Shown here: piece after piece, positions 53,369 to 61,941 of the stretch
How positions within the stretch are numbered: the first letter of the stretch is position 1
Layout: each line of letters opens with the position of its first letter
Assembly: GCA_030765335.1 (NCBI GenBank)
Contig: JAVCCU010000009.1
Coordinates: 5,559 to 69,558, forward strand
From: Candidatus Kaelpia aquatica
GTDB taxonomy: Bacteria > Omnitrophota > Gorgyraeia > Kaelpiales > Kaelpiaceae
Direction of reading: 5' to 3'
DNA length: 64,000 nucleotides
Made by a program: the position numbers and the translations under genes
The notes under the pieces: model-generated
Database searches by the model: none
What the model saw: only the letters and a program-made list of their open reading frames with translations
Told to the model about the DNA's origin: nothing

Positions 53369-54169
53369 TTACTCAGGATATATCTCAAGCTTAGGGCGCC
53401 CAAGAAGATTAACCTTTCCCTCTTTTAAGTCATATATCGCCTCAGAAGAATAGGTTAGTGAATTGCCGCGTCTAAGTTTAACATTGCCTTTGGCATGAGC
53501 CCTGCTAATACCCTTCTCGTCTTTATTGAAATAGATGATCAGCTTATCGCAGAATAGCTCTCCTCTCCTATCTAAAACGTGAACGTTATCGCTGAAAACA
53601 GCTATATTTTCGGTGTAATCTATATCTAAAGGACCGTCAGATTTAATTATAATCTGAGGCACAGTTTTAAATTTAACATCTTTTTTAATAACCGCTTTAG
53701 TTAATTTTGTATCAACCTCACCGCCTTCACCTGATATCTCGCTATCGTTTTTCACTATTCTCAACCTATCTTCTGTCCAGATAACATCTCTATCCTGATC
53801 CCATCGTAATATATCTGTAAAAAGTGTATCTCCTTCTAAGTTTTTTACAACAACACTGCCTGTCAATACTACCTGCCTATTCACTTTATTCAAAAAACCT
53901 TTGTCTGCCCGCATATCTACGGGGCCGTTATCGCTATAAAGCCTTGCCTTAATCGACTCCAGAGCTACATCATCCTTGCTTAACTGTGCACTCTCTCCTT
54001 CCACTTCCCATTTTTTGTTATTCTGCTTGTCATAGCCTGCTAGAGTAAAATCATTTAAGCTCTCCTCTAACGCATAGGAGCTCCTAGTAAAAAATACCAA
54101 CAATAAGACTGCAGTTTTTATTAACATTTTAAACCCGCCTATCCTAGCATGGCAACAGGGCCAAGTCAA
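53369..54169 (-). CDS. lptA: LptA/OstA-family periplasmic protein (true start probably at the internal Met, 54127)
   Basis: Signal peptide beginning MLIKTAVLLLVFF. Beta-jellyroll-like repeats. Immediately upstream of lptB. Confidence 0.55.
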   Translation of the reverse strand: MTWPCCHARIGGFKMLIKTAVLLLVFFTRSSYALEESLNDFTLAGYDKQNNKKWEVEGESAQLSKDDVALESIKARLYSDNGPVDMRADKGFLNKVNRQVVLTGSVVVKNLEGDTLFTDILRWDQDRDVIWTEDRLRIVKNDSEISGEGGEVDTKLTKAVIKKDVKFKTVPQIIIKSDGPLDIDYTENIAVFSDNVHVLDRRGELFCDKLIIYFNKDEKGISRAHAKGNVKLRRGNSLTYSSEAIYDLKEGKVNLLGRPKLEIYPE

Positions 54170-54212
54170 GCTGGAGATAGATATCCAACATTAAACAATA
54201 CAATAGAACCAA

Positions 54213-54443
54213 CTAATCCAATATCAGATTGGTAATTGTCTTAGTAATACCATTTATTGCACGCAGCTCTGTTACAACGAACCTCATCAGCTCTTCGTAA
54301 TTAGAAGCTTTGATCTGGGCTATAACATCCTGCTCGCCAGAGGTTAGGTCTACATCGACTACGTTTTCAAAAGACTTCATTTTTTGGATAACTTCTTTTT
54401 CTTCACCCGGCTCTACGTTAATTTTCAAATAAGCTCTGGCCAT
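54213..54443 (-). CDS. stand-alone AsnC/Lrp C-terminal (RAM) domain protein
   Basis: 76 aa. Matches the AsnC_trans_reg ligand-binding domain pattern (AYLKINVEPG...VVDVDLTSGEQDVIAQIKASNYEEL.RFV...LRAINGI..T.T.LIL). No HTH domain present. Confidence 0.6.
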   Translation of the reverse strand: MARAYLKINVEPGEEKEVIQKMKSFENVVDVDLTSGEQDVIAQIKASNYEELMRFVVTELRAINGITKTITNLILD

Positions 54444-54467
54444 CTCTCTCTCCTTTTTTAGTTCAAG

Positions 54468-54734
54468 CTAATCTCTTCTCAATTTAAAGACCCTGTCATG
54501 CAAACGAACCCGCTCTTTAACTCCTAGGCCTACAATCTGCCCCGGCAAGATCTCACTGACAATCTGATGTTCAACCTGCATAGAGTTCACATCCATCTCA
54601 AAATCGGTTGTATGACCTTTTATTTTAATCCTATCACCAGACTTCAAGCTTTTAGCTGTAATCTCTATAATAGCAGCAGAAGGTTTTGCATAAAAATTTG
54701 TAATGATACCTATCTCGATCCATTCTTCAGGCAT
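54468..54734 (-). CDS. small beta-barrel protein resembling EF-Tu domain 2 (paralog of the C-terminus of ORF 10060..10515)
   Basis: 88 aa. Aligns along its length with residues ~75-151 of the lysine-rich protein. Confidence 0.45.
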   Translation of the reverse strand: MPEEWIEIGIITNFYAKPSAAIIEITAKSLKSGDRIKIKGHTTDFEMDVNSMQVEHQIVSEILPGQIVGLGVKERVRLHDRVFKLRRD

Positions 54735-54761
54735 AAGCTCACCTCCTTAAAAGATACTTTT

Positions 54762-55859
54762 TCAAAGATAGCTAAGACCTTCACTAAGAGCAGAGGTTAT
54801 TAAAGCTTTATCTACTAGAGAAGATACTGCCACCAAACCTATGGAACTTGGCAATACAAATCTTAAGGTTCCAAATTTAGCTTTTTTATCATAAAGAATG
54901 CTACTCAAAATTTTTTCCTGCTCCATCTTTCTGTTCATCTTGGGCAAAGTCTTAAACTTCAAGATTAAATTTATTATTCTCTTTAAATCATTTTCTTTCA
55001 AAACCCCAAGCTTATTAGCAATCAAACTCTCAACAACGAGACCAAAAGATACCGCCTCCCCATGAGATACTCTCTTATACTCAGAGACTGTCTCTATAGC
55101 ATGGGCTATTGTATGGCCTAAGTTTAAGGCTATCCTTATATCCTCACTGTCATACTCGTCTCTTTCGACAAACGACGTCTTTATTCTGCTGCATCTTAAA
55201 ACTATCTCACCCCATAAGCCCAGCGAGAAAGAAGATGGGTCTTCATTGCTAGACTCTAATAATTCAAAGAGCTCTACATCTCCCAAGATTCCATATTTTA
55301 TAATCTCGGATAACCCATTGGAGAATTCTTTAAGAGGCAGGCTCTTTAAGAAATTCAAATCGGATACAACCAGTTTAGGCTGGTAGAAAGCTCCCAGCAG
55401 ATTCTTACCCCATTTTAAATCTATCGCAACTTTCCCGCCAATACTCGAATCGACTTGAGCAAGAAGAGTAGTCGGGATCTGGATGAAAGGCACGCCTCTC
55501 TTGTAAATAGCCGCTAAAAATCCTACCAGGTCACCAACAACTCCTCCTCCAAAAGCTATAAAGAGTACGCTCTCAGCCTTAGAAAACTCAACCGTTGATC
55601 TTAGAAGGTCAAAAAGAACCTGCCAAGACTTACTCTTCTCAGAGTCCGCAACTTCCAAGAAAAGGCTCTCTTTGAATACCTCTAAATAAGGCTCTAAGTA
55701 ACCCTTATAAAGAGAGTATATATTTCTATTGGATACCACAACTGCTAAGTGCTTCTCTAGGTTTAACCTTACAATTTCATCTTTCAGAGATGAGAGCGCT
55801 CCCTCTGAAATCAGAATATCATAAGACCTACCCTGTAAATCTAGGTTTATTCTCTCCAT
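54762..55859 (-). CDS. aroB: 3-dehydroquinate synthase
   Basis: 365 aa. Gly-rich NAD motif (FGGGVVGDLVGF) and His metal-binding motifs (HTIAHAIE). Confidence 0.9.
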   Translation of the reverse strand: MERINLDLQGRSYDILISEGALSSLKDEIVRLNLEKHLAVVVSNRNIYSLYKGYLEPYLEVFKESLFLEVADSEKSKSWQVLFDLLRSTVEFSKAESVLFIAFGGGVVGDLVGFLAAIYKRGVPFIQIPTTLLAQVDSSIGGKVAIDLKWGKNLLGAFYQPKLVVSDLNFLKSLPLKEFSNGLSEIIKYGILGDVELFELLESSNEDPSSFSLGLWGEIVLRCSRIKTSFVERDEYDSEDIRIALNLGHTIAHAIETVSEYKRVSHGEAVSFGLVVESLIANKLGVLKENDLKRIINLILKFKTLPKMNRKMEQEKILSSILYDKKAKFGTLRFVLPSSIGLVAVSSLVDKALITSALSEGLSYL

Positions 55860-55876
55860 TAAAAATATAGACCCGT

Positions 55877-56137
55877 TTAAGACTTTTCTTTAACAGAACC
55901 ATCTGCAGGATTATCAGTCTTGCCTTCTGCTGCCTGACCTGCACCCTCAAGTTCTTCTTTCTTAGGCTCTTTCTTAAGAGCCTTCAACCTCGTTCTTTTG
56001 TACTTAGGCAGCTTAAATACTTCTAACCCTTCTTCTCCGGACTTCTTTAAAAACATAGCTATCCTCTCAAACCTTTTGAGTACATTTCTATGCTGTAAAT
56101 CCGAATCTTTAATCTTTAAGCTTGGATGTCTTGACAT
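55877..56137 (-). CDS. hypothetical small charged protein
   Basis: 86 aa, Lys/Glu-rich. Its stop abuts the aroB region. No motif recognised. Confidence 0.3.
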   Translation of the reverse strand: MSRHPSLKIKDSDLQHRNVLKRFERIAMFLKKSGEEGLEVFKLPKYKRTRLKALKKEPKKEELEGAGQAAEGKTDNPADGSVKEKS

Positions 56138-56709
56138 TACCTACCTCCTTTTAATCCTTTCATAAAAGCATCTTTATATGTTTTCCTTAATTCTACCAAC
56201 ACATTCTGAGCTTTACCCTGCTCGCTGTAATCCCCAACAAAGACAATCTTATACTTACCCTGTTCACGAATGTAAGAAGGAAAGCCCATCTTCTTAAGCT
56301 TATCTCTCTCAGCCTCAGCATAGGACATATTTTTGTATGTTACAACCTGTAAAGCAAATATCAGACCCGACAACTCTCTCTTCTTGTCCAACCCATTATC
56401 TCTAGGCTCGAAAACAACAGGGCTGGAGTCAGTAGAATCATTTTCGACTGCCTCCTCTTTATCTTCCACCGTTATACTGGAAAGAAGAACATCGGCTTCT
56501 TCCTTTGCGCTACTAACTGTTATACCTTTTTTATAACCACCGACATAACTGCCGACCATCAAAAAAAGAAAAACTATAACAGCTGCGCATATCTTCTCTT
56601 CGTTTATTCGAATATGCCTCTCCGTTATCAGCTTTAACCTTTTTCTTTTTTTCCGCCTGACAACATTCTTATCAATATCGGAAAATAGATTCTCTTTATA
56701 ATTTTCCAT
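56137..56709 (-). CDS. SPOR-domain membrane protein
   Basis: 190 aa. N-terminal TM and a C-terminal SPOR-like fold pattern (FALQVVTYKNMSYAEAERDKLKKMGFPSYIREQGKYKIVFVGDYSEQGKAQNVLVEL). Confidence 0.55.
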   Translation of the reverse strand: MENYKENLFSDIDKNVVRRKKRKRLKLITERHIRINEEKICAAVIVFLFLMVGSYVGGYKKGITVSSAKEEADVLLSSITVEDKEEAVENDSTDSSPVVFEPRDNGLDKKRELSGLIFALQVVTYKNMSYAEAERDKLKKMGFPSYIREQGKYKIVFVGDYSEQGKAQNVLVELRKTYKDAFMKGLKGGR

Positions 56710-56717
56710 AGACTAAA

Positions 56718-57476
56718 CTATTCGTGCTTAAAATCGAATTTAAAATCGACCCTTCCTAAGGCCTCATCATTTACATCAAAAGAAGTCTTTATATTAGACA
56801 TGATCAACTTTACATCTTCGGCTTTTGAGTTGGGCTTAAGAAAACAGAGGTAGCCATCATAGGTAACACCAGGATAGACATAGCCGCCGCTTAGCTCTAT
56901 AGATTTAAGCAGGGCAAATCTTTTCTTCAAACCCCTGCCGGCCAAACTCTTAGCCATATCCAAAGGGGCTCCATATACCCCAGAAGCTAAAGATGATGTC
57001 GATTTCGTAAAATTATACACTGAGCTCTTAGCTTCATAGACCTCTCTGATTCTCTCTGGGCTTATATAGAGATACTGAGTGCCAAGCTCATCCAGCAATA
57101 CAAAGTCATCGGGATTTATAAATATCCTGGATTCGGATTTATTTTCAATTCTTACTCTCACAACTATCATACCGTCCGGATATGGATTCTTTCCCGCGTA
57201 GGATCCATATATTTTTTTATCAAGAAATATATTTTTCAAGTTCTCCTCAGGCAGATACTCTACTGATATCCGTATACCATCCTCTTCCTGCTGCTGCTGA
57301 ACAGGAGTGAGACCATAAGCCGCCTTCTCAATCTCTTCTACAGGCTCAAGCCTACCTTTAGTCTTCTTCCCGTAGACATAGCCGCCGGCACAGCCTGATA
57401 TGGCTAAACATAAAAAAATAAGAATAAATCTTTTAATCACGCCCCTCTCCCTCCATAAACTCTTTAACTGCTGCAA
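56718..57476 (-). CDS. hypothetical lipoprotein
   Basis: 252 aa. Lipobox LAISGC. Confidence 0.45.
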   Translation of the reverse strand: MQQLKSLWRERGVIKRFILIFLCLAISGCAGGYVYGKKTKGRLEPVEEIEKAAYGLTPVQQQQEEDGIRISVEYLPEENLKNIFLDKKIYGSYAGKNPYPDGMIVVRVRIENKSESRIFINPDDFVLLDELGTQYLYISPERIREVYEAKSSVYNFTKSTSSLASGVYGAPLDMAKSLAGRGLKKRFALLKSIELSGGYVYPGVTYDGYLCFLKPNSKAEDVKLIMSNIKTSFDVNDEALGRVDFKFDFKHE

Positions 57477-57708
57477 TAATATGCTTATCTTGCGTATAAG
57501 AGTAGACTACCATAGCATAGCTCTTATCTTTGTTTAAAATATTCTTTTCCATAAGATATTCCAGCTGCTTAGCAATGAGGCTCTCTTCCTCGCCTATCCA
57601 TTTAGCAATACTCTCAGCTGTATCAATAGAGCCGGGGTTGTTGTAATAAAATTTTAGTACTTTTTTCAAGACTGAATCTCTATTGATTGTTTTAAAAAAT
57701 TTCTTCAT
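57433..57708 (-). CDS. hypothetical protein (91 aa)
   Basis: ORF translationally overlapping the HD-GYP gene upstream and the lipoprotein gene downstream. Confidence 0.3.
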   Translation of the reverse strand: MKKFFKTINRDSVLKKVLKFYYNNPGSIDTAESIAKWIGEEESLIAKQLEYLMEKNILNKDKSYAMVVYSYTQDKHIIAAVKEFMEGEGRD

Positions 57709-59222
57709 CTCTTTTTCTTGACCTCTTCCATCATACGCTGAGATATTCTTTTAATCTTTCCTTTATTAGCGCAAGCGATAAAAGCATCTACAACACCAGG
57801 GTCAAACTGCTTGCCTCTCTGTTTCAATATCTCATCCATAGCGGAGCTATAATTCTTAATCTTCTTATAAGGCCTGTGGCAGATCATTGCTTCAAAAGAA
57901 TCAGCAACAGCTAATATCCTTGCCCCAAGTGGAATCTTATTACCCTTTAGACCTTTGGGGTAGCCCTTTCCATCAAACCTTTCATGGTGATGCAGTATTA
58001 TAGGCACAGCAGGCTTCAAAGCCTTAACCTTCTTGATTATCTCAGCACCTTTAATTGGATGCTCCTGAACGGAACTATACTCTCTCTCCGTTAAAAGATC
58101 AGCCTTCTTAAGTATGTTCTCTGGAACAGCAATCTTTCCGGCATCCAAAAGCAAGGTTGCATATTTTATATACTCCCTCTCTTCTTGGGAAACTCCATAT
58201 TCATCAGCAATAGCAAGCACTAAATCAATGAAACTCTTTGGGTGAGTGTGGATCTCAGGCGACTTTGCCTCCAAAACATTTGATAGAGACTGTAAACTCT
58301 CTATTAAAATCTTATTTTGAGTCTCATATAGTCTAGCATTTTTAATAGCAACAACAGCCTGCTCTGATAAAACAGATAGAATCTCTTTATCATTTAAGTC
58401 AAACGGCCTTCCGTTCTGCTTCGACTTTAATCCAATTGCTCCGATAAGATCTTCTTCAATAAGAGGCACCCAGAGCGCATTCTTGCTAAGAACAATGGTT
58501 CCAGCCTCTAAAGCTTTACCAATCTTAGAATTAAAAAGATCTATCTTATGAGGTTTCTCTGAAGAATCAACGGAAGCAGCAGTCTTAGGCTTCAAATAGT
58601 TTCCGAATCTCAAATATATAGCACAGCTTTTAGCCCGTGTTACCTGAAGACACAACCTTGCAAGACGAGGTAAAAGTTCATCCATATTAAGAGTTGAAGA
58701 TATTAAGCGATGAACAGTGTGGACCGAAGAGAGAGCAATAGCACGAGGCCGCAGAGTACCATGAACCTTGATCAGCTCCAGCTCTTTTAAGGCTTTCTCT
58801 AGAGAGATGGCCAAATAATCCTCAATAAAATCAAGCACTTTCTTGGATAGCTTCCCATTCTCTATAATAAGACAAATATAACCATAATTAGCTCCCCCAT
58901 GAACAAGGGGGTAGACCCAGATACTCTCCTTAAACTTAGATTTCACCTCTTCAAAACAGCCGCTTCTAGATGCCTGCTGCATCTTGTCTTTTATTCTCTC
59001 TACGACTATTTTTTCAATCTTAGTTTTTAGACCATATCCTTTTACTATCTTTTTAAGCTTCTTTAGCAGCTCCTGAATCGGACTCTTCGACTCCGATCTG
59101 GAAAAAAGGATCAATGCTGCATTAGAATCTGAAAACTTATCCAGATGGAATTTAAGTCTTTCCAGGTCCCCTCCCTTATCTAGGGCCTCAATAACATTTT
59201 TCTCTAAAACTATCTCGCTCAT
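57705..59222 (-). CDS. HD-GYP domain protein (c-di-GMP phosphodiesterase family; HD dyad degenerate)
   Basis: 505 aa. C-terminal HHHERFDGKGYPKGL (HD-GYP) motif, but the canonical LHDIGK reads LLDAGK. N-terminal region is GAF-like or uncharacterised. Confidence 0.7.
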   Translation of the reverse strand: MSEIVLEKNVIEALDKGGDLERLKFHLDKFSDSNAALILFSRSESKSPIQELLKKLKKIVKGYGLKTKIEKIVVERIKDKMQQASRSGCFEEVKSKFKESIWVYPLVHGGANYGYICLIIENGKLSKKVLDFIEDYLAISLEKALKELELIKVHGTLRPRAIALSSVHTVHRLISSTLNMDELLPRLARLCLQVTRAKSCAIYLRFGNYLKPKTAASVDSSEKPHKIDLFNSKIGKALEAGTIVLSKNALWVPLIEEDLIGAIGLKSKQNGRPFDLNDKEILSVLSEQAVVAIKNARLYETQNKILIESLQSLSNVLEAKSPEIHTHPKSFIDLVLAIADEYGVSQEEREYIKYATLLLDAGKIAVPENILKKADLLTEREYSSVQEHPIKGAEIIKKVKALKPAVPIILHHHERFDGKGYPKGLKGNKIPLGARILAVADSFEAMICHRPYKKIKNYSSAMDEILKQRGKQFDPGVVDAFIACANKGKIKRISQRMMEEVKKKR

Positions 59223-59325
59223 ATGCAGTTATTCTACAACAAGAAGCGATCTTTTTCAACAATGGATAAAGCATTTAGAGCACTAAAGAATGGGATATAT
59301 TTATTTAATAGCTGTATAGATTAAA

Positions 59326-60513
59326 TCAAACCATTTCCAGAGGATCAAACAGCTTGCGATATTCATCTGCAGCAAAACTATCGGTCATAGAGGCTATATA
59401 GTCGGATATGGTGCGCTTAAGCCCTTCTTTTTTTATCCTACGCTGAATATCGTCGGGCAACTGAGCAGGTTTTTTATAATAAACATTGAATAACTCTGTT
59501 AGAATCCTCCTGGCTTTATCAGACATCCTAACAACCCGATAATGGTGATATAGGTTCTGATAGAGGAAATCTCTTAATGGTTTTCTTCTCTTCTGCATAG
59601 TAATGCTAAAAGCTATAAGTCTTTTAGCTGCCCCTCTCACATCTTCTACAGAACGGATTGATTCTAGATTCCTAAATGAATTTTTAATTAAATCCTTAAC
59701 ATCCATATCTATCAGGGACCTGATCACCTGATGCTTTTTAAATCTTGTAGATATATTTGAGTAACGCTTCTTAACTCTCTTCTCCGCCTCTCTCCATAAC
59801 TCCAGCTTTTTCAAATCCGAAATAGCAATTAAACCTGAAGTTATCCCATCGTCTAAATCGTGACTATCATATGCAATTTCATCCGCAATATTTACAACTT
59901 GAGCTTCAAGTGTAGGCTGCTCCTGATTGCAAAACTCGCTTAGGTTTAACTTGTCATATTTTTTAAAGCTCTGAGGGTTTAAATTCTTATACCCGTTATC
60001 ATAGCGCGTGCTATGTTTTAGAAACCCCTCTCTGACCTCCCAAGTAAGATTTAACCCGTTAAAATCCGGATACCTTAACTCCAAATAATCCACTATCCTC
60101 AACCCCTGAAGATTATGATCAAAGCCCCCGACGTCAGCAACTAAGCAATTCAAAGTCTCTTCTCCTGAATGTCCAAAAGGAGTATGGCCAATATCGTGAC
60201 CTAAGGCGATCGCTTCGACAAGATCTGTATTTAATGATAGAACCCGGGCAACAGAACGTGCAATCTGAGCAACCTCAAGACTATGAGTCAGGCGAGTTCT
60301 ATAGTAATCGCCTTCATGTATCAAGAAAACCTGAGTTTTATACTCTAAACGCCTAAAAGCAGTAGAATGTATAACCCTATCTCTATCCCTCTGAAAACAA
60401 GTTCTATAATCATCTTCGGCTTCGCTATGTTTTCTACCCCTACTAAGCGAGCTTTTAAAAGCATAGGATGCTAATATTTTATTCTCTAAGTTTTGGTACT
60501 CTTTTCTATTCAT
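59326..60513 (-). CDS. dgt: dGTP triphosphohydrolase-like HD phosphohydrolase
   Basis: 395 aa. RLTHSLEVAQIARSVA and ALGHDIGHTPFGHSGE motifs of the Dgt family. Confidence 0.85.
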   Translation of the reverse strand: MNRKEYQNLENKILASYAFKSSLSRGRKHSEAEDDYRTCFQRDRDRVIHSTAFRRLEYKTQVFLIHEGDYYRTRLTHSLEVAQIARSVARVLSLNTDLVEAIALGHDIGHTPFGHSGEETLNCLVADVGGFDHNLQGLRIVDYLELRYPDFNGLNLTWEVREGFLKHSTRYDNGYKNLNPQSFKKYDKLNLSEFCNQEQPTLEAQVVNIADEIAYDSHDLDDGITSGLIAISDLKKLELWREAEKRVKKRYSNISTRFKKHQVIRSLIDMDVKDLIKNSFRNLESIRSVEDVRGAAKRLIAFSITMQKRRKPLRDFLYQNLYHHYRVVRMSDKARRILTELFNVYYKKPAQLPDDIQRRIKKEGLKRTISDYIASMTDSFAADEYRKLFDPLEMV

Positions 60514-60514
60514 C

Positions 60515-60982
60515 TCATTTTAGCAGCTGGTATAAATCGTTTAAAGATTGAGATAAAACGTTGGTATCGGATAGAATTGACATAAAGCTTGTATCTCCAA
60601 CCCAGCGAGGCACAATATGAAAATGGATATGATTTTTTATTCCAGCTCCTGCTGCTGCACCGATATTCAACCCGATATTAAAACCTTCAGGATTTAATCT
60701 TTCTTGCAGCCTCTCCTTAAAATCCTTGATCAACTTAAAAATCTCACTCAATTCAGAATCATCCAAATCGCTAAGATCTGAAACATGCCTACGAGGAGCA
60801 ATCATCAGATGGCCGTTGTTGTAGGGATATATATTAAGCAAGACAAAGGAGTGCTTACCTCTTGATAAAACATAATTAACTTCATCGTCCCTGCTCTTTA
60901 ATTTTTTGCAAAATATACAATCTTTATCCTTATCAGGATTTAAAATATATTCCATCCTCCATGGAGCCCAAATATTCTTCAT
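60515..60982 (-). CDS. HIT-family hydrolase
   Basis: 155 aa. Histidine-triad motif HIHFHIVPR. Preceded by GHLMIAPRRH. Confidence 0.8.
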   Translation of the reverse strand: MKNIWAPWRMEYILNPDKDKDCIFCKKLKSRDDEVNYVLSRGKHSFVLLNIYPYNNGHLMIAPRRHVSDLSDLDDSELSEIFKLIKDFKERLQERLNPEGFNIGLNIGAAAGAGIKNHIHFHIVPRWVGDTSFMSILSDTNVLSQSLNDLYQLLK

Positions 60983-60984
60983 AG

Positions 60985-61941
60985 TTAGAATATTATTATT
61001 AACGGAACTACCAATAAAAGCAACAGCATTAACTCGTAAGCTCTGTTCAGCTTTCTGAACCTAAGCAGGACAAATAGCACCACTGTTACTATCTCTACAG
61101 CTACAAGTGTATAGAGATGGGAGGATGACATCTTTGAAAAAATAGGTACCTTGAAAGAGACTATCTCCAAGATAGGTATGATGGCTATATCTAAAGCATT
61201 GCTTCCTATTATATTTCCTATAGCCATAGCATGAGACCTGTTCATGAGAGCTGAAACTGTTACAACAAGCTCTGGTAAAGATGTAATGACACCTAAAAAA
61301 AGTGTTCCAAAAAAAACATAGTTCAACATAGACCTCTCAACAATAATCTTAGATTGAATAACTGTAAGCTGAGCAAAAAACGCCATTGCAATCAAAGCAA
61401 TTATAAATACAGCCCATTCTTTCAAACAACCTTTGTCATTACTGGGCTTAGAAGAAACAATATCAGCCTGGCCGTCTCTAATCTCACCTTTAAGAAAAAT
61501 TAAGTATAGAATTACTATAAAAATATTTTCTAATCCAAAGCTGAAAATATCCAGATCAAAGCCTGCAAAACTCCTTAGGATGATCGAAACCGCAATCAAA
61601 GCCTGCAATATTAAGATTATAAATATTCCCTTAAAATTTTTACTTTTCCTTAAAAACCCGCCCTTAGACACGCAAAGATCCAGCAGTATTAAAATAAAAA
61701 GATTGCTCAGAAGAGACCCAAATATATTTCCTAAAGCTAAATCAAAAATCTTACTTTTAACAGCAATTACAGAAGTAAGCAGCTCTGGAGCAGATGTGGC
61801 CAAAGCAAGAAAGAAGACACCCATAAAACCTTCGGATATTCGACTCTTCTTTGCTATTAGAGACCCATACTTACAAGATATATAGCCAGACAGAAAGATG
61901 GCGATAGAGTATAGCGCGAACTTAAGCCAGGCTATCAACAT
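60985..61941 (-). CDS. Ca2+/Na+ (CaCA family, YrbG-like) antiporter
   Basis: 318 aa. Two alpha-repeat motifs (GNIFGSLLSNLFIL and GNIIGSNALDIAI). About 10 TM helices. Confidence 0.75.
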   Translation of the reverse strand: MLIAWLKFALYSIAIFLSGYISCKYGSLIAKKSRISEGFMGVFFLALATSAPELLTSVIAVKSKIFDLALGNIFGSLLSNLFILILLDLCVSKGGFLRKSKNFKGIFIILILQALIAVSIILRSFAGFDLDIFSFGLENIFIVILYLIFLKGEIRDGQADIVSSKPSNDKGCLKEWAVFIIALIAMAFFAQLTVIQSKIIVERSMLNYVFFGTLFLGVITSLPELVVTVSALMNRSHAMAIGNIIGSNALDIAIIPILEIVSFKVPIFSKMSSSHLYTLVAVEIVTVVLFVLLRFRKLNRAYELMLLLLLVVPLIIIF

